Shown: one piece after another, positions 21,698-32,897 of the stretch
How the letters are laid out: each line of letters opens with the position of its first letter
How positions within the stretch are numbered: position 1 is the stretch's first letter
Assembly: GCA_963740315.1 (NCBI GenBank)
Contig: CAVUDP010000002.1
Location: 2,848,001-2,912,000 of the forward strand
Reading direction: 5' to 3'
DNA: 64,000 nucleotides
Source: an uncultured cyanobacterium
Lineage (GTDB): Bacteria; Cyanobacteriota; Cyanobacteriia; Cyanobacteriales; Nostocaceae
Position numbers and translations under genes: made by a program
Notes under the pieces: model-generated
Databases searched by the model: none
What the model was told of the DNA's origin: nothing
Seen by the model: only the letters and a program-made list of their open reading frames with translations

Positions 21698-24600
21698 CTA
21701 ACTAATACCCTGACAAAGTTTGCGATCGCCAGAATCGACATTGCGGTTGTACTGGAGGTAATCGCCTACCCAGTGACAACCGCGTACTAGCAAGTTATTT
21801 AGGTCTAAGTTCCATAAAACTATTGTGTTATCGTCGCCCGCAGATGCTAAGGTTTGACCATCCGGGCTAAAGCTAACGTCTAAAACTGGGGCTTGATGTT
21901 CGCTGAGGGATTTGATTAATTTACCTTCACTGCTCCAAAGTTTGACGGTGCTATCCCAACTAGCAGCAGCAAGAACTTCTCCGTTGGGACTGAACGTAAC
22001 AGCACTAACGCTATCGCCATAACCTTTTAATAAAGTTTTTAGCAGAGTGCCATCCCAACGCCATAGCCTGACGGTATTATCCCAACTAGCAGAAGCCAGC
22101 AAGTTATTGCTAGGACTAAAGCTGACACCTAATACCCAGCCAGAATGAGGTAAAAATGTTTTTAATAAGATACCATCTCGCTGCCACAATTTTACAGTTT
22201 GGTCGTCAGAGCCAGAAGCTAAAACTTGAGAATCGGTACTAAAGCGAACGCTATTTACGCTTCCTTGATGTCCTTTTAGAGTTTTGAGCAGTTTACCTTG
22301 GGGATTCCACAGCTTTACCGTCTTATCTTTACTGGCAGATGCAAGGAACTTTCCGTCAGGACTAAAACTAATACTCGTCACGCTGTCGTTATGTCCCTGA
22401 AGAGTTTTGAGTAATTTACCATCTCGCCGCCAAAGCTTTATGCTTTTGTCGTAGCTTGCTGAAGCTAAGATTTCGCCGTTTGGGTGAAAACTAACGCTGG
22501 TGACTCTATCGGAATGTCCCAACAAAGTCTTGTAAAGATGAGTTTGGGATCGAACACCGCTAGGTTGGCGCTGCCACAGCTTTACCGTGTTATCGCGACT
22601 GCTAGAAGCTAAAATGTTCCCATCGGGACTCCAAGCAACACTTAAAACCCGGTCTGAATGTCCTTCCAAGACGGGTAATGTAGGAGGATTTAAACTCCAA
22701 AGTTTGACGCTTTTATCATAACTTGCCGATGCTAATAATTTATTATCGGGGCTGAATGAAACACTAGCTACAGCATCGCTATGACCTTTAAAAGTTTTAA
22801 TTAACTTACCATTACTAACATCTACGAGGTTAATAATGTTGTCATCTCCGCACGAAGCCAGCTTTTCGCCTGTAGAATCAAAATTTAGACTCCAAATCGT
22901 ACCGTTATGCTGCTGTGAATTCCGATAAGGACGGTATGTGAAACTGTTTTCACCGTCTTGCTGTTCGCGTCGCCAAAGTTTAACAATACCGCTTCTACCA
23001 GCAGAAGCTAACGTTTTACCGTCTGGACTAAAATTAGCAACAGTTACCCCTTCGCGATCGCCTTGTAAAGTAGTTAATAAACTGCCATCTAGTTTCCATA
23101 TTTTTACGGTACCATCATCACTGCCTGAAGCAATAAACCGTCCGTCGGGGCTGAAAGTCACCCAATTAATCCAAGCTTGGTGTCCCCGGAGAATTTTTAA
23201 TAATTTACCGTTGCTGTTCCAGATTTTAACAGTTCGATCTTTACTGCCAGTAGCTAACAATTTACCATCAGGACTAAAACTAACCTTGTCCACCCAATCT
23301 CCATGAACGAGAGTTGTAACGGGTTGCCAATCAAATTCTCCCGTTGCGGGATTTTTGCGCCAAATTTTGACAGTTTTATCTCGACTTGCAGAAGCAAGCA
23401 GACTACCATCGGGACTAAAAGTCAAACTGGTAATGCTCTCGCGGTGACTTTGCAAAGTTTGTAATAAACTACCATCAGTACGCCATATTTTCACGCTTCG
23501 ATCGCGACTTCCCGATGCTAATAATTTACCGTCAGGGCTGAAACTGACATCCCAAACAATATCGCCATGTCCTTCCAAACGGTTGACTTCAGTTACTCCA
23601 TAAACCGCTTGCTGTAAGGCGGTAACAACTCGCATCTGTGTATCCGGTTGAATTCCATGTCCGCGTTTAAGCTTTCTCCAAGCACGCAAACTTTCAACTA
23701 AAGCATCAAATTCTTTGTTGGAGGCAAATAAAGCTTCGGAAGCGGCAGTCAAGGCACTAATTTTCAGGTTATTTTCGCTACGTTCGGCGCGTAAACTTTG
23801 ACTAATTGCAGCTTTCTTTTGCAGGTCAGCTTGCCACCACAACCCGCCGATGGTAGAGGACATAACCGCTAACGCAAAGCCTGCTAAACGGGCTTCTCGC
23901 AAGCGTCGTTGAAGTATAGAATTTAGCTTTTCTTGCGATAGTTTTTGCGCGACTTCTGCTTGGCTTTTTTCAAAGCGGACTTTTTCTAGTTCGGCGATGA
24001 TTCCATAGTCGTTACGAATGCGAATGGGTTTGACTAAATAATCGTGAACCAACTGATAACGCTCGCCAGACTCTTGGAGTACTCGCAACACCAAACCGCT
24101 GCCGACAAGAATTTCTAAAATTAATTCTACGGTAGTGAGATTGTAAGAATGCATGAAGCCCTCCGTCTCCGAAATCGTCTCGCTCGTTTCTAGATGACTT
24201 TCTTGACGAGACTGCCTGCCAAATATAGAAACTTCTTCATGTCGCTTAAAGATTTGAGAGAAACTAAAATCTAAATTTTGATTCACTTTCATGAAAAAAT
24301 TGTCCGATCGAGTTTCCCGTTCTTCCTCATATGTGTCTTCTTCTCTAAAAACAACGGTAACTAATTCAGCCTTAGTTTTAAGAGGTCGCGTACCTTTTTC
24401 ATCTGTTAATTCAAACAGTAATTTCCAGCTTAATTGTTCGTTTTCTTGACCGCAATCGTAAATAACTTTTTCTAACCAGTGCTGGACTAATTTCTCCGAA
24501 CCACCACTGTGCTGATATTCTCTAAGTGTGGTAATATTTTCTGCTTCTAATTGAGCGCCGACAATTTGCAGTTCTATCGGATGTACTTGTCGAGTTTCTC

Positions 24601-26866
24601 CAGCTAAATCCTCAACCAATTTATTAATTAATTCATCGCTTAATTGGTAATGAGAACGTTCTGTAAGACTATGGATAATACTATTCGCATCAATGGGAGT
24701 AAAATTACCTAAGTAATAACGGATGTTTTTATCGAGAATATTTTTATTAATTACTCCTAAATCGTCAGATTCTCCACTATGGATCTGGCTTATCCGCTCA
24801 AATTCTAAAAGATAATGCAGATAATCTTCGCGTAAAGAAAGAACAACTTTAACAAACGGAATATTCAAACATTTATTGAAAAAGCTGTAAAATTCTATTC
24901 TTTGTTTTGTGTCCTGTTTGACAAAGAAAAATTCTTCTAACTGGTCAAAAATTAAAATTACAGTGTAATTATGATCTGCTAACAACCGTAGTTTTTCGAC
25001 TATAATCTCAACTGTAATTTCTATTGCTAAAGATATGGAAGTACGAGCGATCGCCTGATTTAAACTCCGTCCTAAAGCTGTTATCCAATCGGTATAAACA
25101 GATAAAACAATTGGTAAAGCAATACGTCCGCCGATCGTATTTTGTTTTAATGCTGGAACTAAACCCGCTTTGATAATTGAGCTTTTACCGACTCCCGATG
25201 GTCCGTGAACTACTGTCAGTTTACAGTCAGCGCGAGTCATTTTTTCTAGGAGGCAATGGACATCTTGCTGTCTTCCTGAAGCTGCGATTTCCTGAGCAAC
25301 CTGATCGGGGATTGATGAAATTTGTTGCGGCTGTAAGATTGGATTGATTCTATAACGCTGCGGTTGCAGTTGACTCGCACCGATAAAAGCCCGAAAGCCG
25401 TATTGATGCTCAATCTGAATTTTTTCCCGTTTGAGTTTAAAAGCTTCTAAGTAATCGTGGCGTTCGCAAAAATAAAGCGAGCGTAATTCTTCAACAATTT
25501 CTAGGTACAAAGAAGGTTCGTATTGGGCTTCGCAAACTACTTTTGCCCATTCCAAAGTATTAACGGCTTCATCCCATTCACCCAAATTTCGTAAAGTGCG
25601 TCCAAGTAATAGCAGATACCAACTTTCTTGTTGGCGAGAGACTTCTGGCACTTCTTCGGCAATGGAAAGGGCTATATTTGCTAATTCATGGGCTTGCAGC
25701 CAATCAGACTTGGAAGCAGCTACAACACAGAGAAATCCATAATCTTGGGCAACCAGTATTTTGTTACCAGATGATTGATGTAACTGCAAAGAATGGGACG
25801 CGAGTTGTGATAAATCATCCCACTGTTGCAAACGTTGCAGCATTTCACAGGCGGGAAAAATGAATTTGGCACTTAAGTCTTTTTGCCCTGTTGTTTCAAA
25901 GATATCTAAGCATTGCCTAAACCAATTTAAAGCATTTTGCCAGAAGCTGATATTGGCAGCAGGTTGTAAATCTGCTAAGCGTCGGTAACACAGCCCCAGG
26001 TGGAACATGACTACTGCTTGGCGAGTTAGGGAGAGGATGGGGAGAGGGGATGGGGTTCGGGGGGGATGGGGAGAGTTCGTTTTGATTTCTTGTTCCCATA
26101 GCTCTAAACTGCGCTGGTAATGCAATAGCGCTTCGTCGATGTTGTCGTTGACGTAGTTATCGCGTCCAAGTACAAATTCTAGACTTGCTTCTAGTATTGG
26201 TTCTAATTTGATGTCGTAAAGACGAAATAAATCGTTACGCGCTGATTCAATCTCTCGACGCTGCTGGGATTTTGGATCTAAAAGTAAAGCCGCATTTGAT
26301 AAAAACTTTTGTGCCCCTGCATCTATAACTTTGTCAAATAAAGATTGTGTTTTTTGCTGGATAAGACGAACTAAATCCGGAGCAGCCATTTCAAATTTAA
26401 TTGTGGTTGCTGCCCAGCTTTTAAAATCGGGGGCAAATCGCGACAACGATGTTCCGACTTCATCTTTGAGCCACAATACTATCGGAAAAGTAAAGGTATC
26501 GGCATAGATATCTCGTGCTTGGTTTATACCGCTCAGTAAATCTTCTAAGTTGGTAACTGACTCCAGCCCAAATACCATTACGGCAGTTGGGAAAGAATCT
26601 GTTTTCACGGCAGGTATATCTAAAAATAATTCTGAAACTATAGTGCTGTGTAAAGCTGCGGTTGAGGGAGATAAATATACCTCTCGCAAATTTACGTCTC
26701 TGGTTTGCGAGCGAATATTGTCCAATACCTGCTTGCACAATTCCGTGTAATTGCACCGCACTAGAATCAGAGAAAATTGACCGTTGGAAAGCGCAATTGC
26801 CCGAATCAGTCTTTGCAGGGAATGCTGATTAGAAATGGCGATGTCCGTAAGAGTTGTATTACTCAT
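21698..26866 (-). CDS. Multidomain protein: degenerate NTPase-like N-domain, TPR-like repeats, nSTAND NTPase, TM helix and about 14 WD40 repeats
   Basis: Walker A GPSGVGKSS, Walker B LIFDQLEE and SLREDY; hydrophobic LAGFALAVMSSTIGGLWW; many GH...VSFSPDG...D.TVKLW repeats. Confidence 0.9.
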   Translation of the reverse strand: MSNTTLTDIAISNQHSLQRLIRAIALSNGQFSLILVRCNYTELCKQVLDNIRSQTRDVNLREVYLSPSTAALHSTIVSELFLDIPAVKTDSFPTAVMVFGLESVTNLEDLLSGINQARDIYADTFTFPIVLWLKDEVGTSLSRFAPDFKSWAATTIKFEMAAPDLVRLIQQKTQSLFDKVIDAGAQKFLSNAALLLDPKSQQRREIESARNDLFRLYDIKLEPILEASLEFVLGRDNYVNDNIDEALLHYQRSLELWEQEIKTNSPHPPRTPSPLPILSLTRQAVVMFHLGLCYRRLADLQPAANISFWQNALNWFRQCLDIFETTGQKDLSAKFIFPACEMLQRLQQWDDLSQLASHSLQLHQSSGNKILVAQDYGFLCVVAASKSDWLQAHELANIALSIAEEVPEVSRQQESWYLLLLGRTLRNLGEWDEAVNTLEWAKVVCEAQYEPSLYLEIVEELRSLYFCERHDYLEAFKLKREKIQIEHQYGFRAFIGASQLQPQRYRINPILQPQQISSIPDQVAQEIAASGRQQDVHCLLEKMTRADCKLTVVHGPSGVGKSSIIKAGLVPALKQNTIGGRIALPIVLSVYTDWITALGRSLNQAIARTSISLAIEITVEIIVEKLRLLADHNYTVILIFDQLEEFFFVKQDTKQRIEFYSFFNKCLNIPFVKVVLSLREDYLHYLLEFERISQIHSGESDDLGVINKNILDKNIRYYLGNFTPIDANSIIHSLTERSHYQLSDELINKLVEDLAGETRQVHPIELQIVGAQLEAENITTLREYQHSGGSEKLVQHWLEKVIYDCGQENEQLSWKLLFELTDEKGTRPLKTKAELVTVVFREEDTYEEERETRSDNFFMKVNQNLDFSFSQIFKRHEEVSIFGRQSRQESHLETSETISETEGFMHSYNLTTVELILEILVGSGLVLRVLQESGERYQLVHDYLVKPIRIRNDYGIIAELEKVRFEKSQAEVAQKLSQEKLNSILQRRLREARLAGFALAVMSSTIGGLWWQADLQKKAAISQSLRAERSENNLKISALTAASEALFASNKEFDALVESLRAWRKLKRGHGIQPDTQMRVVTALQQAVYGVTEVNRLEGHGDIVWDVSFSPDGKLLASGSRDRSVKIWRTDGSLLQTLQSHRESITSLTFSPDGSLLASASRDKTVKIWRKNPATGEFDWQPVTTLVHGDWVDKVSFSPDGKLLATGSKDRTVKIWNSNGKLLKILRGHQAWINWVTFSPDGRFIASGSDDGTVKIWKLDGSLLTTLQGDREGVTVANFSPDGKTLASAGRSGIVKLWRREQQDGENSFTYRPYRNSQQHNGTIWSLNFDSTGEKLASCGDDNIINLVDVSNGKLIKTFKGHSDAVASVSFSPDNKLLASASYDKSVKLWSLNPPTLPVLEGHSDRVLSVAWSPDGNILASSSRDNTVKLWQRQPSGVRSQTHLYKTLLGHSDRVTSVSFHPNGEILASASYDKSIKLWRRDGKLLKTLQGHNDSVTSISFSPDGKFLASASKDKTVKLWNPQGKLLKTLKGHQGSVNSVRFSTDSQVLASGSDDQTVKLWQRDGILLKTFLPHSGWVLGVSFSPSNNLLASASWDNTVRLWRWDGTLLKTLLKGYGDSVSAVTFSPNGEVLAAASWDSTVKLWSSEGKLIKSLSEHQAPVLDVSFSPDGQTLASAGDDNTIVLWNLDLNNLLVRGCHWVGDYLQYNRNVDSGDRKLCQGIS

Positions 26867-27319
26867 AGCTACTTGCTTCTTTTTTGACGTTGTGTCAATT
26901 CGATTTTGGATTTTGCGGAAAGTTGGGTGGGTTTAGGTTTCAGCAAACTTTCCTGCATCGGATTTTGGATAAATAATTCATGCTTCAACTAACGATCGAA
27001 CCGGAAAAGGCAAATTATTCATAGGCAGTAGGCAGTGGGCAGCTTTGCTGTAGTGACTCACCCTTATTCATAGTGAGATTGAAAAATTGACGTTTTATAC
27101 TTCGCTGCAAGCAGGCTCTGTATAATTATTTATTTTTACTCAGCTTCAAACTCATAACTAAAGTTTAAATTGATACTTTTTACCCACTGCCGACTGCCTT
27201 TTTTTGTAAACGATCGCGATCGTGTTTTTATGAAAAGAAATCGGGTTTATTTCTACTTGCGCTTTTTGCTCTTACGATCGCCAAATAGAGCGAGCGTGTT
27301 AGGAGCAATGCTTTTTGTG

Positions 27320-28678
27320 TCAGCTAGAAAAAGTTGCCGGAATCTTGTAGTCAGATTGCTCCCAAGCCAGAACTCTTTCAGTTTCTGCTAATGCCGGACT
27401 AATACCAAACCAACGCCCTTTCACATCTCGGTATTCAAATACAAACATACTCCGCAGCAATCTTTGATATTCAGACTCGCCTCTAACAGTCTGCTGATTG
27501 ACAACTTCATAAAGTAATTGCCATTCTTCATCGTCAATGGCTAAAAGTAAATCATCGCGATAATCTTTGATTACTGCTTCCAAACAAGAACGCTCGAAGG
27601 GGGGATCTTGTCGCTGCAAACAACTGTAAAGTAAACCTAATAAATTCCGAATATGACCGCCACTTACCCGACACAAACGGTCTAAAGTTTCGGAACTATC
27701 GAATATTTCGTGAATCAATTTTAACCTGACATCAAAAGAAGCTTCGGGAAATGCCCTTGCTAAAACCAACTGACGCAACAGAGCCATTCCCGCTTCGCTG
27801 TCACCACCATCTCTTTGGCGCACCAATACCATCGGCAATACTTTGGGCGCAATACCACCCCCCAACCGATTTTTCAGCGTTTCGTACTCGCCTCCAAAAA
27901 TTAACGCTAAAGGAATCGTATAAACCACATGACACATCAGGCGACGTAACTGTTCGCCTCTGTCAATAAACAAATATTCAGGTTGCGATCGCCCTGATGG
28001 CATCGGGCGCATATCAACTCTATCTAAGTTGTCAATAATTACAACTATTCCTTTTTGTCCCCTCTGCTGTAGCTGTTTGGTAGCTTTATCTAGTACCTCT
28101 TCGTTAATCGCCTGCAAAATACTGTTGGTACGCGGTTCTAGATATTGCCTGAGTTGAGAACGCATTTGGGGACTATCTTTGGCTTTGGCGCTAATTTTGG
28201 CAATACCTAAAGAAAACTCCGCTTCTGCGGAAATGTCTATAGGAGTTTGTAAAAAATCCCCAATTTCTTTGAATAAATTAGCAAAGTAACCGGGCTTTAG
28301 CTTAATGTTTATGGCTTCCAAACTGGCGCTAACTTGACGGGCTACACTCAGCAAAATATCGCTGACATCTATATCCGCCATATCCAAATCTTGGCTGGAC
28401 TCAAAATAAACTACGTGGAATCCCGATTGTTCTAATTCTGCTTTGAGGCGCTGTAGCTCAGTTGATTTACCGCAGCCAATATGACCTGTAAATAGTTGGC
28501 AGGTTGGTTCATCCGGAGAAATACGCACAATTGTTCGTTGCAATTCTTCTACTATCTTGCAACCCCGGACTTTAGAAAAATCTATGTAGTATTTTCGGTC
28601 GGAATCATCGCCTATAACCAGCGTTCTGCTAGGATTACAAGCTTTAAAAAACCTTAACAAATTTAGTGGAGTTTTCAT
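27320..28678 (-). CDS. P-loop ATPase (STAND/AAA-like), paralogue 1
   Basis: Walker A GHIGCGKST, Walker B VVIIDNLD and SGGHIRNLL. Start placed at MKTPLN (28678). Confidence 0.88.
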   Translation of the reverse strand: MKTPLNLLRFFKACNPSRTLVIGDDSDRKYYIDFSKVRGCKIVEELQRTIVRISPDEPTCQLFTGHIGCGKSTELQRLKAELEQSGFHVVYFESSQDLDMADIDVSDILLSVARQVSASLEAINIKLKPGYFANLFKEIGDFLQTPIDISAEAEFSLGIAKISAKAKDSPQMRSQLRQYLEPRTNSILQAINEEVLDKATKQLQQRGQKGIVVIIDNLDRVDMRPMPSGRSQPEYLFIDRGEQLRRLMCHVVYTIPLALIFGGEYETLKNRLGGGIAPKVLPMVLVRQRDGGDSEAGMALLRQLVLARAFPEASFDVRLKLIHEIFDSSETLDRLCRVSGGHIRNLLGLLYSCLQRQDPPFERSCLEAVIKDYRDDLLLAIDDEEWQLLYEVVNQQTVRGESEYQRLLRSMFVFEYRDVKGRWFGISPALAETERVLAWEQSDYKIPATFSS

Positions 28679-29524
28679 GTAGATGCACTTTATATAAATT
28701 TCCATTATCAACGTCAACGAGCAGCACAAAACGCGCACGTTTCCTCGCTTTCCAAATGACTACGAGGTCTGGTTGATAAGTTTTTCCCCTGATGTTTTAA
28801 GCGCGTATTATTACTGTTATAGCGCTATTGGTATTTTGACAAAACACGTGGTTTCAACTATAACTCTTTTGTAACAAATAGCCACAGTCCCTTTTGGTAT
28901 CAAAAGCTACTTTACACAAACCTTAACTTGCACTTAAGTATTAATTGTAGCCAATCATGCATAACTTTCTTTTTTTTATTTGTCAAGTTGCTTTGAATAT
29001 ATCTACTATTTTTTGCCAAAAAAGAATATGTTAGTCTTCGATGCAGTAATGCTTGAGGCGTGTATAATATGGGATTTAATTATCTAGGATTAGTTGAGTA
29101 CGGTGTCGCTCAGTTGTTTCTGTGCAAATTGCTCCAAAGTAGGAGAGTCTTTCAACCCGAAGGAAAAATTTTAGTAACGTATATCACAAAGAATCCAATC
29201 CGCGATATTATAACTGCTGCTATTGACGTTAAAAAGTAAAATACCTGTAATTTTAAATCGACTTTCTGGGATTTTGTAGCGCTTTGACTTGAAAATAAAT
29301 GTCACTCTAAAGTACAAAGGCTACATTAGAGCAAAAATACGAGCCTAAATCGATGTAGGCACGGGTTACAATTTTTCGGCAGGGGCAACTTTTAAAATTA
29401 ATTTGTGGTGTATCGGGCATCAAGGAATATCTAAGTTCGTCTTGCCGACTTTAAAACTCTGACTTCAACTAATTTATTCATCTTCATACAATAACTTGAA
29501 CAAAAATGCATTTCTGAGGTTTAA

Positions 29525-30361
29525 ATGCCCGATATTTTATCAGTTTCCTCTACAGATTTGGAACAGCGCCGCGAAAAATTACGCCGCTATAGAAAGATAA
29601 AAATTATTAGTACAATTTGGCGTAGCCTCGCAGTGACGGGGCTTGCTGGTGGTTTACTGTGGTTTTTGATTCAACCAATATGGGTGTTAAAAAGTAAGCT
29701 TGACATCACTGTTTCCGGAAATGAGTTAATAACAGATGAAGCGATACAGTCAAAAATGCAATTATCATATCCTAAATCTTTGTGGCGCGTTGAACCCAGC
29801 CGCTTAAGTGCATCTTTAGAGCAGCAACCAGGTATAACCCAAGCAACTGTAACCCGTCGCTTGTTTCCACCAGGGTTAACAGTCAAAGTATCCGAAATAT
29901 TGCCTGTAGCGATTACGATAAGCCCAGGGGCGTCAGATGCTAACTCTACAAATCAAACAGTAACCGGATTAGTCGATATAAATGGTGTTTGGGTGATGAA
30001 GGAAAACTACAAATCAATTCCCCAGAGTAAGTTACCTAGTCTTAAACTGATAGGTGAGGTGCCACAGTGTATTCCCGAATGGAAACAGTTTTATCAAGCA
30101 GTAAGCCAAAGTTCGGTAAAAGTGATTGAAATTGATTGTCAAAACCCTAATAATATAATTTTAAAAACAGAATTGGGTTTGGTACATATTGGCAGCCCAA
30201 CTTCTAAATTAACGGAAAAAATTAAATTATTAGCAAAAATCCGCCGCTTACCAGCACAAGTAAATATGAGTCAAATCGAATTTATAAATTTAACAGACCC
30301 AGAAACTATTTTAGTACAGATGAACCACAAAACATTGCGAATTGACTCTCAAAATCCATAA
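29525..30361 (+). CDS. ftsQ: Cell division protein FtsQ
   Basis: N-terminal TM helix, POTRA-like VSGN...VTRRLFPPGLTVKVSE region, upstream of ftsZ. Confidence 0.9.
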   Translation: MPDILSVSSTDLEQRREKLRRYRKIKIISTIWRSLAVTGLAGGLLWFLIQPIWVLKSKLDITVSGNELITDEAIQSKMQLSYPKSLWRVEPSRLSASLEQQPGITQATVTRRLFPPGLTVKVSEILPVAITISPGASDANSTNQTVTGLVDINGVWVMKENYKSIPQSKLPSLKLIGEVPQCIPEWKQFYQAVSQSSVKVIEIDCQNPNNIILKTELGLVHIGSPTSKLTEKIKLLAKIRRLPAQVNMSQIEFINLTDPETILVQMNHKTLRIDSQNP

Positions 30362-31258
30362 GATTAGATTGAGTTAACTCCAATGTATAAAACACTCCTG
30401 GTTTATAAATTAGTTTTATGCTGATAAATATATATTAATGATTGTTGTTTTTCAGGTAATGTATACCACAATTAAGATTCTTCCTTCGATTTGAATTTCA
30501 AAAAAGAATCAAAAACCTACCGTTAGGGAGTATAAACCTCCTGCATGTTGTAGGAAGCTTAAGTGCAAGGGTACAAGATGTAAGACAATAAGCACGGTTG
30601 ACGTTTCGGGGGAAGGGTAAGCACAATCCGTCTATCATTCGATCGGTAGGAGTAACTGTATTATTCTAAGACGCGCATAGGGGCATCTTGAGAAGTTATA
30701 CGAGTAGTAACTGGAGTTAGAAGTTAAAAATTTATTTTACATAAAGATAATTTCTGTCCTTATAACTCGCAATATCTATTGACGAAAGGATTTTAACATC
30801 ATCATTCAAGACTTGTATCAGTGTTTTAGTTGTTTATTTGTTTTCAATGTTTCTAAAAATAACCAGTATTTATGGCGACACCAAAACAAAAACAAACACT
30901 ATTAGTTGTAAAATTGATGACCAATATCCATTAAACACAAGAAGGAGGTCTAAGTAGGCATAAATGAAGGTATAACAAGTAAAAATTGCCAAAAATTGCT
31001 AAGCCAGTTGAACTTATACAGTTCTTTCTTTAAGTAAATATTAAGTATACAACTCTTGAATCAGTTGTCTGTCGTGGAATTTTAACGACTGCCAATTAAA
31101 GTAATTTTCACGCTGTCATTCCTGCATTGGTTTGGAAAGCATGAGATACGAAAACAACATTGCCCCTCGTGAATAATAGAAGCAGTGTTTATCTAGAGTT
31201 AACGCGAGCGGGTAAATAACACCCCCAAAAGTCGTTTATCTGAATGTATGTAAATCCA

Positions 31259-32560
31259 ATGACACTTGATAATAACCAAGGGCTTACCTATAAAAACTCG
31301 CAGTCTCCAGGACAGCAAGGAATCTCGCTAGCAGGAATTAGTACCAATAACCCTTTTGGTCATTCTGGGCTAAGTTTGGGGCAAAATGGCGATAATAACC
31401 ATTCTCCTCAAGAAAATCCTGTTGGGGATATTATTCCCGGCAGAGTCGCCAATATAAAAGTAATTGGTGTCGGTGGTGGTGGTGGAAATGCCGTCAACCG
31501 CATGATTGCTTCAGATTTGAGTGGAGTCGAATTTTGGTCAATTAACACCGATGCTCAAGCTTTAACGATGGCTGCGGCTCCTTGTCGCTTGCAAATCGGA
31601 CAAAAGCTAACGCGGGGTTTGGGTGCGGGTGGTAATCCTGCGATCGGTCAAAAAGCTGCTGAGGAATCGCGAGATGAAATTGCCACGGCTTTAGAAGGAG
31701 CCGATTTAGTATTTATCACCGCTGGTATGGGAGGCGGTACAGGTACGGGTGCAGCGTCGGTAGTGGCTGAAGTTGCCAAAGAAATGGGAGCCTTGACGGT
31801 TGGTGTAGTTACCCGTCCGTTCGTGTTTGAAGGTCGCCGTCGTACCAGCCAAGCAGAGCAAGGTGTTGAAGCTTTGAAGAGTCGGGTAGATACCTTAATT
31901 ATCATTCCCAACAATAAACTTTTAGAAGTGATCCCAGAGCAAACACCCGTACAAGAAGCTTTCCGTTATGCCGATGATGTATTGCGTCAAGGTGTACAAG
32001 GTATCTCAGATATCATCACTATTCCCGGCTTGGTAAATGTTGACTTTGCCGACGTGCGAGCCGTGATGGCAGATGCTGGTTCTGCTTTGATGGGAATCGG
32101 TATTGGTTCTGGCAAATCGCGTTCTCGCGAAGCGGCGATCGCGGCAATTTCTTCGCCGTTGCTGGAATGTTCTATCGAAGGTGCTAGAGGTGTTGTATTT
32201 AACATCACTGGTGGTAGCGACCTGACTTTACATGAAGTCAACGCTGCTGCGGAAGCAATTTATGAAGTGGTAGATCCCAATGCCAATATTATTTTCGGGG
32301 CGGTGATTGATGACAGACTCGAAGGAGAAGTCAGAATTACCGTGATTGCTACCGGGTTTACAGGTGAAATCCAAGAAAGGCAACAGCAAACTGCTACCCC
32401 AAATAATCGAGTAGCTCCACCCCCAACAGCACAGCAACGGCGAGCAGCGCCACAGCCATCATCGACAAATACTAATTCTCCAACACCAACCGAACCCAAA
32501 CAAAAACCGGGATTGGAGATTCCTCCGTTTCTCCAAAAACGCCGTAATCCAAATAACTAA
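31259..32560 (+). CDS. ftsZ: Cell division GTPase FtsZ
   Basis: [12 protein letters not shown], tubulin signature [15 protein letters not shown] and C-terminal LEIPPFL. Confidence 0.99.
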   Translation: MTLDNNQGLTYKNSQSPGQQGISLAGISTNNPFGHSGLSLGQNGDNNHSPQENPVGDIIPGRVANIKVIGVGGGGGNAVNRMIASDLSGVEFWSINTDAQALTMAAAPCRLQIGQKLTRGLGAGGNPAIGQKAAEESRDEIATALEGADLVFITAGMGGGTGTGAASVVAEVAKEMGALTVGVVTRPFVFEGRRRTSQAEQGVEALKSRVDTLIIIPNNKLLEVIPEQTPVQEAFRYADDVLRQGVQGISDIITIPGLVNVDFADVRAVMADAGSALMGIGIGSGKSRSREAAIAAISSPLLECSIEGARGVVFNITGGSDLTLHEVNAAAEAIYEVVDPNANIIFGAVIDDRLEGEVRITVIATGFTGEIQERQQQTATPNNRVAPPPTAQQRRAAPQPSSTNTNSPTPTEPKQKPGLEIPPFLQKRRNPNN

Positions 32561-32897
32561 GTAACGGATTAACCCAATAAATGTTTGTGATTTGTTCGCT
32601 ATTATTAGGCATCGGAAAACGGGGGCGCAGAGTCTTTATGAAATTCATCGCCTCCCAAAGTTAAACAAACACGATTCCTTTAATTCCGAAAAAATTTCCG
32701 ATCGCAGTAGTAATCGCTACAGTAAAGTTAGCGATATATTCTGTAATGCCTAAATTTTTGTTTGTGGAGTTACCCGAACAATTAGTGTTTGATTTGACGG
32801 CTGATTCTACGCTCATTAATTGACGTTTTTTACAAAAGCTTATTTGAAATAGGGTGTGATACCTATTTCCCACGTAAATATGGCTTTAATTATTACG

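Noticed and set aside
30362..31258. Long ftsQ-ftsZ gap with no ftsA
   Set aside because: Cyanobacteria normally lack ftsA. I found no ORF or recognisable RNA here; it is probably ftsZ promoter and leader sequence.
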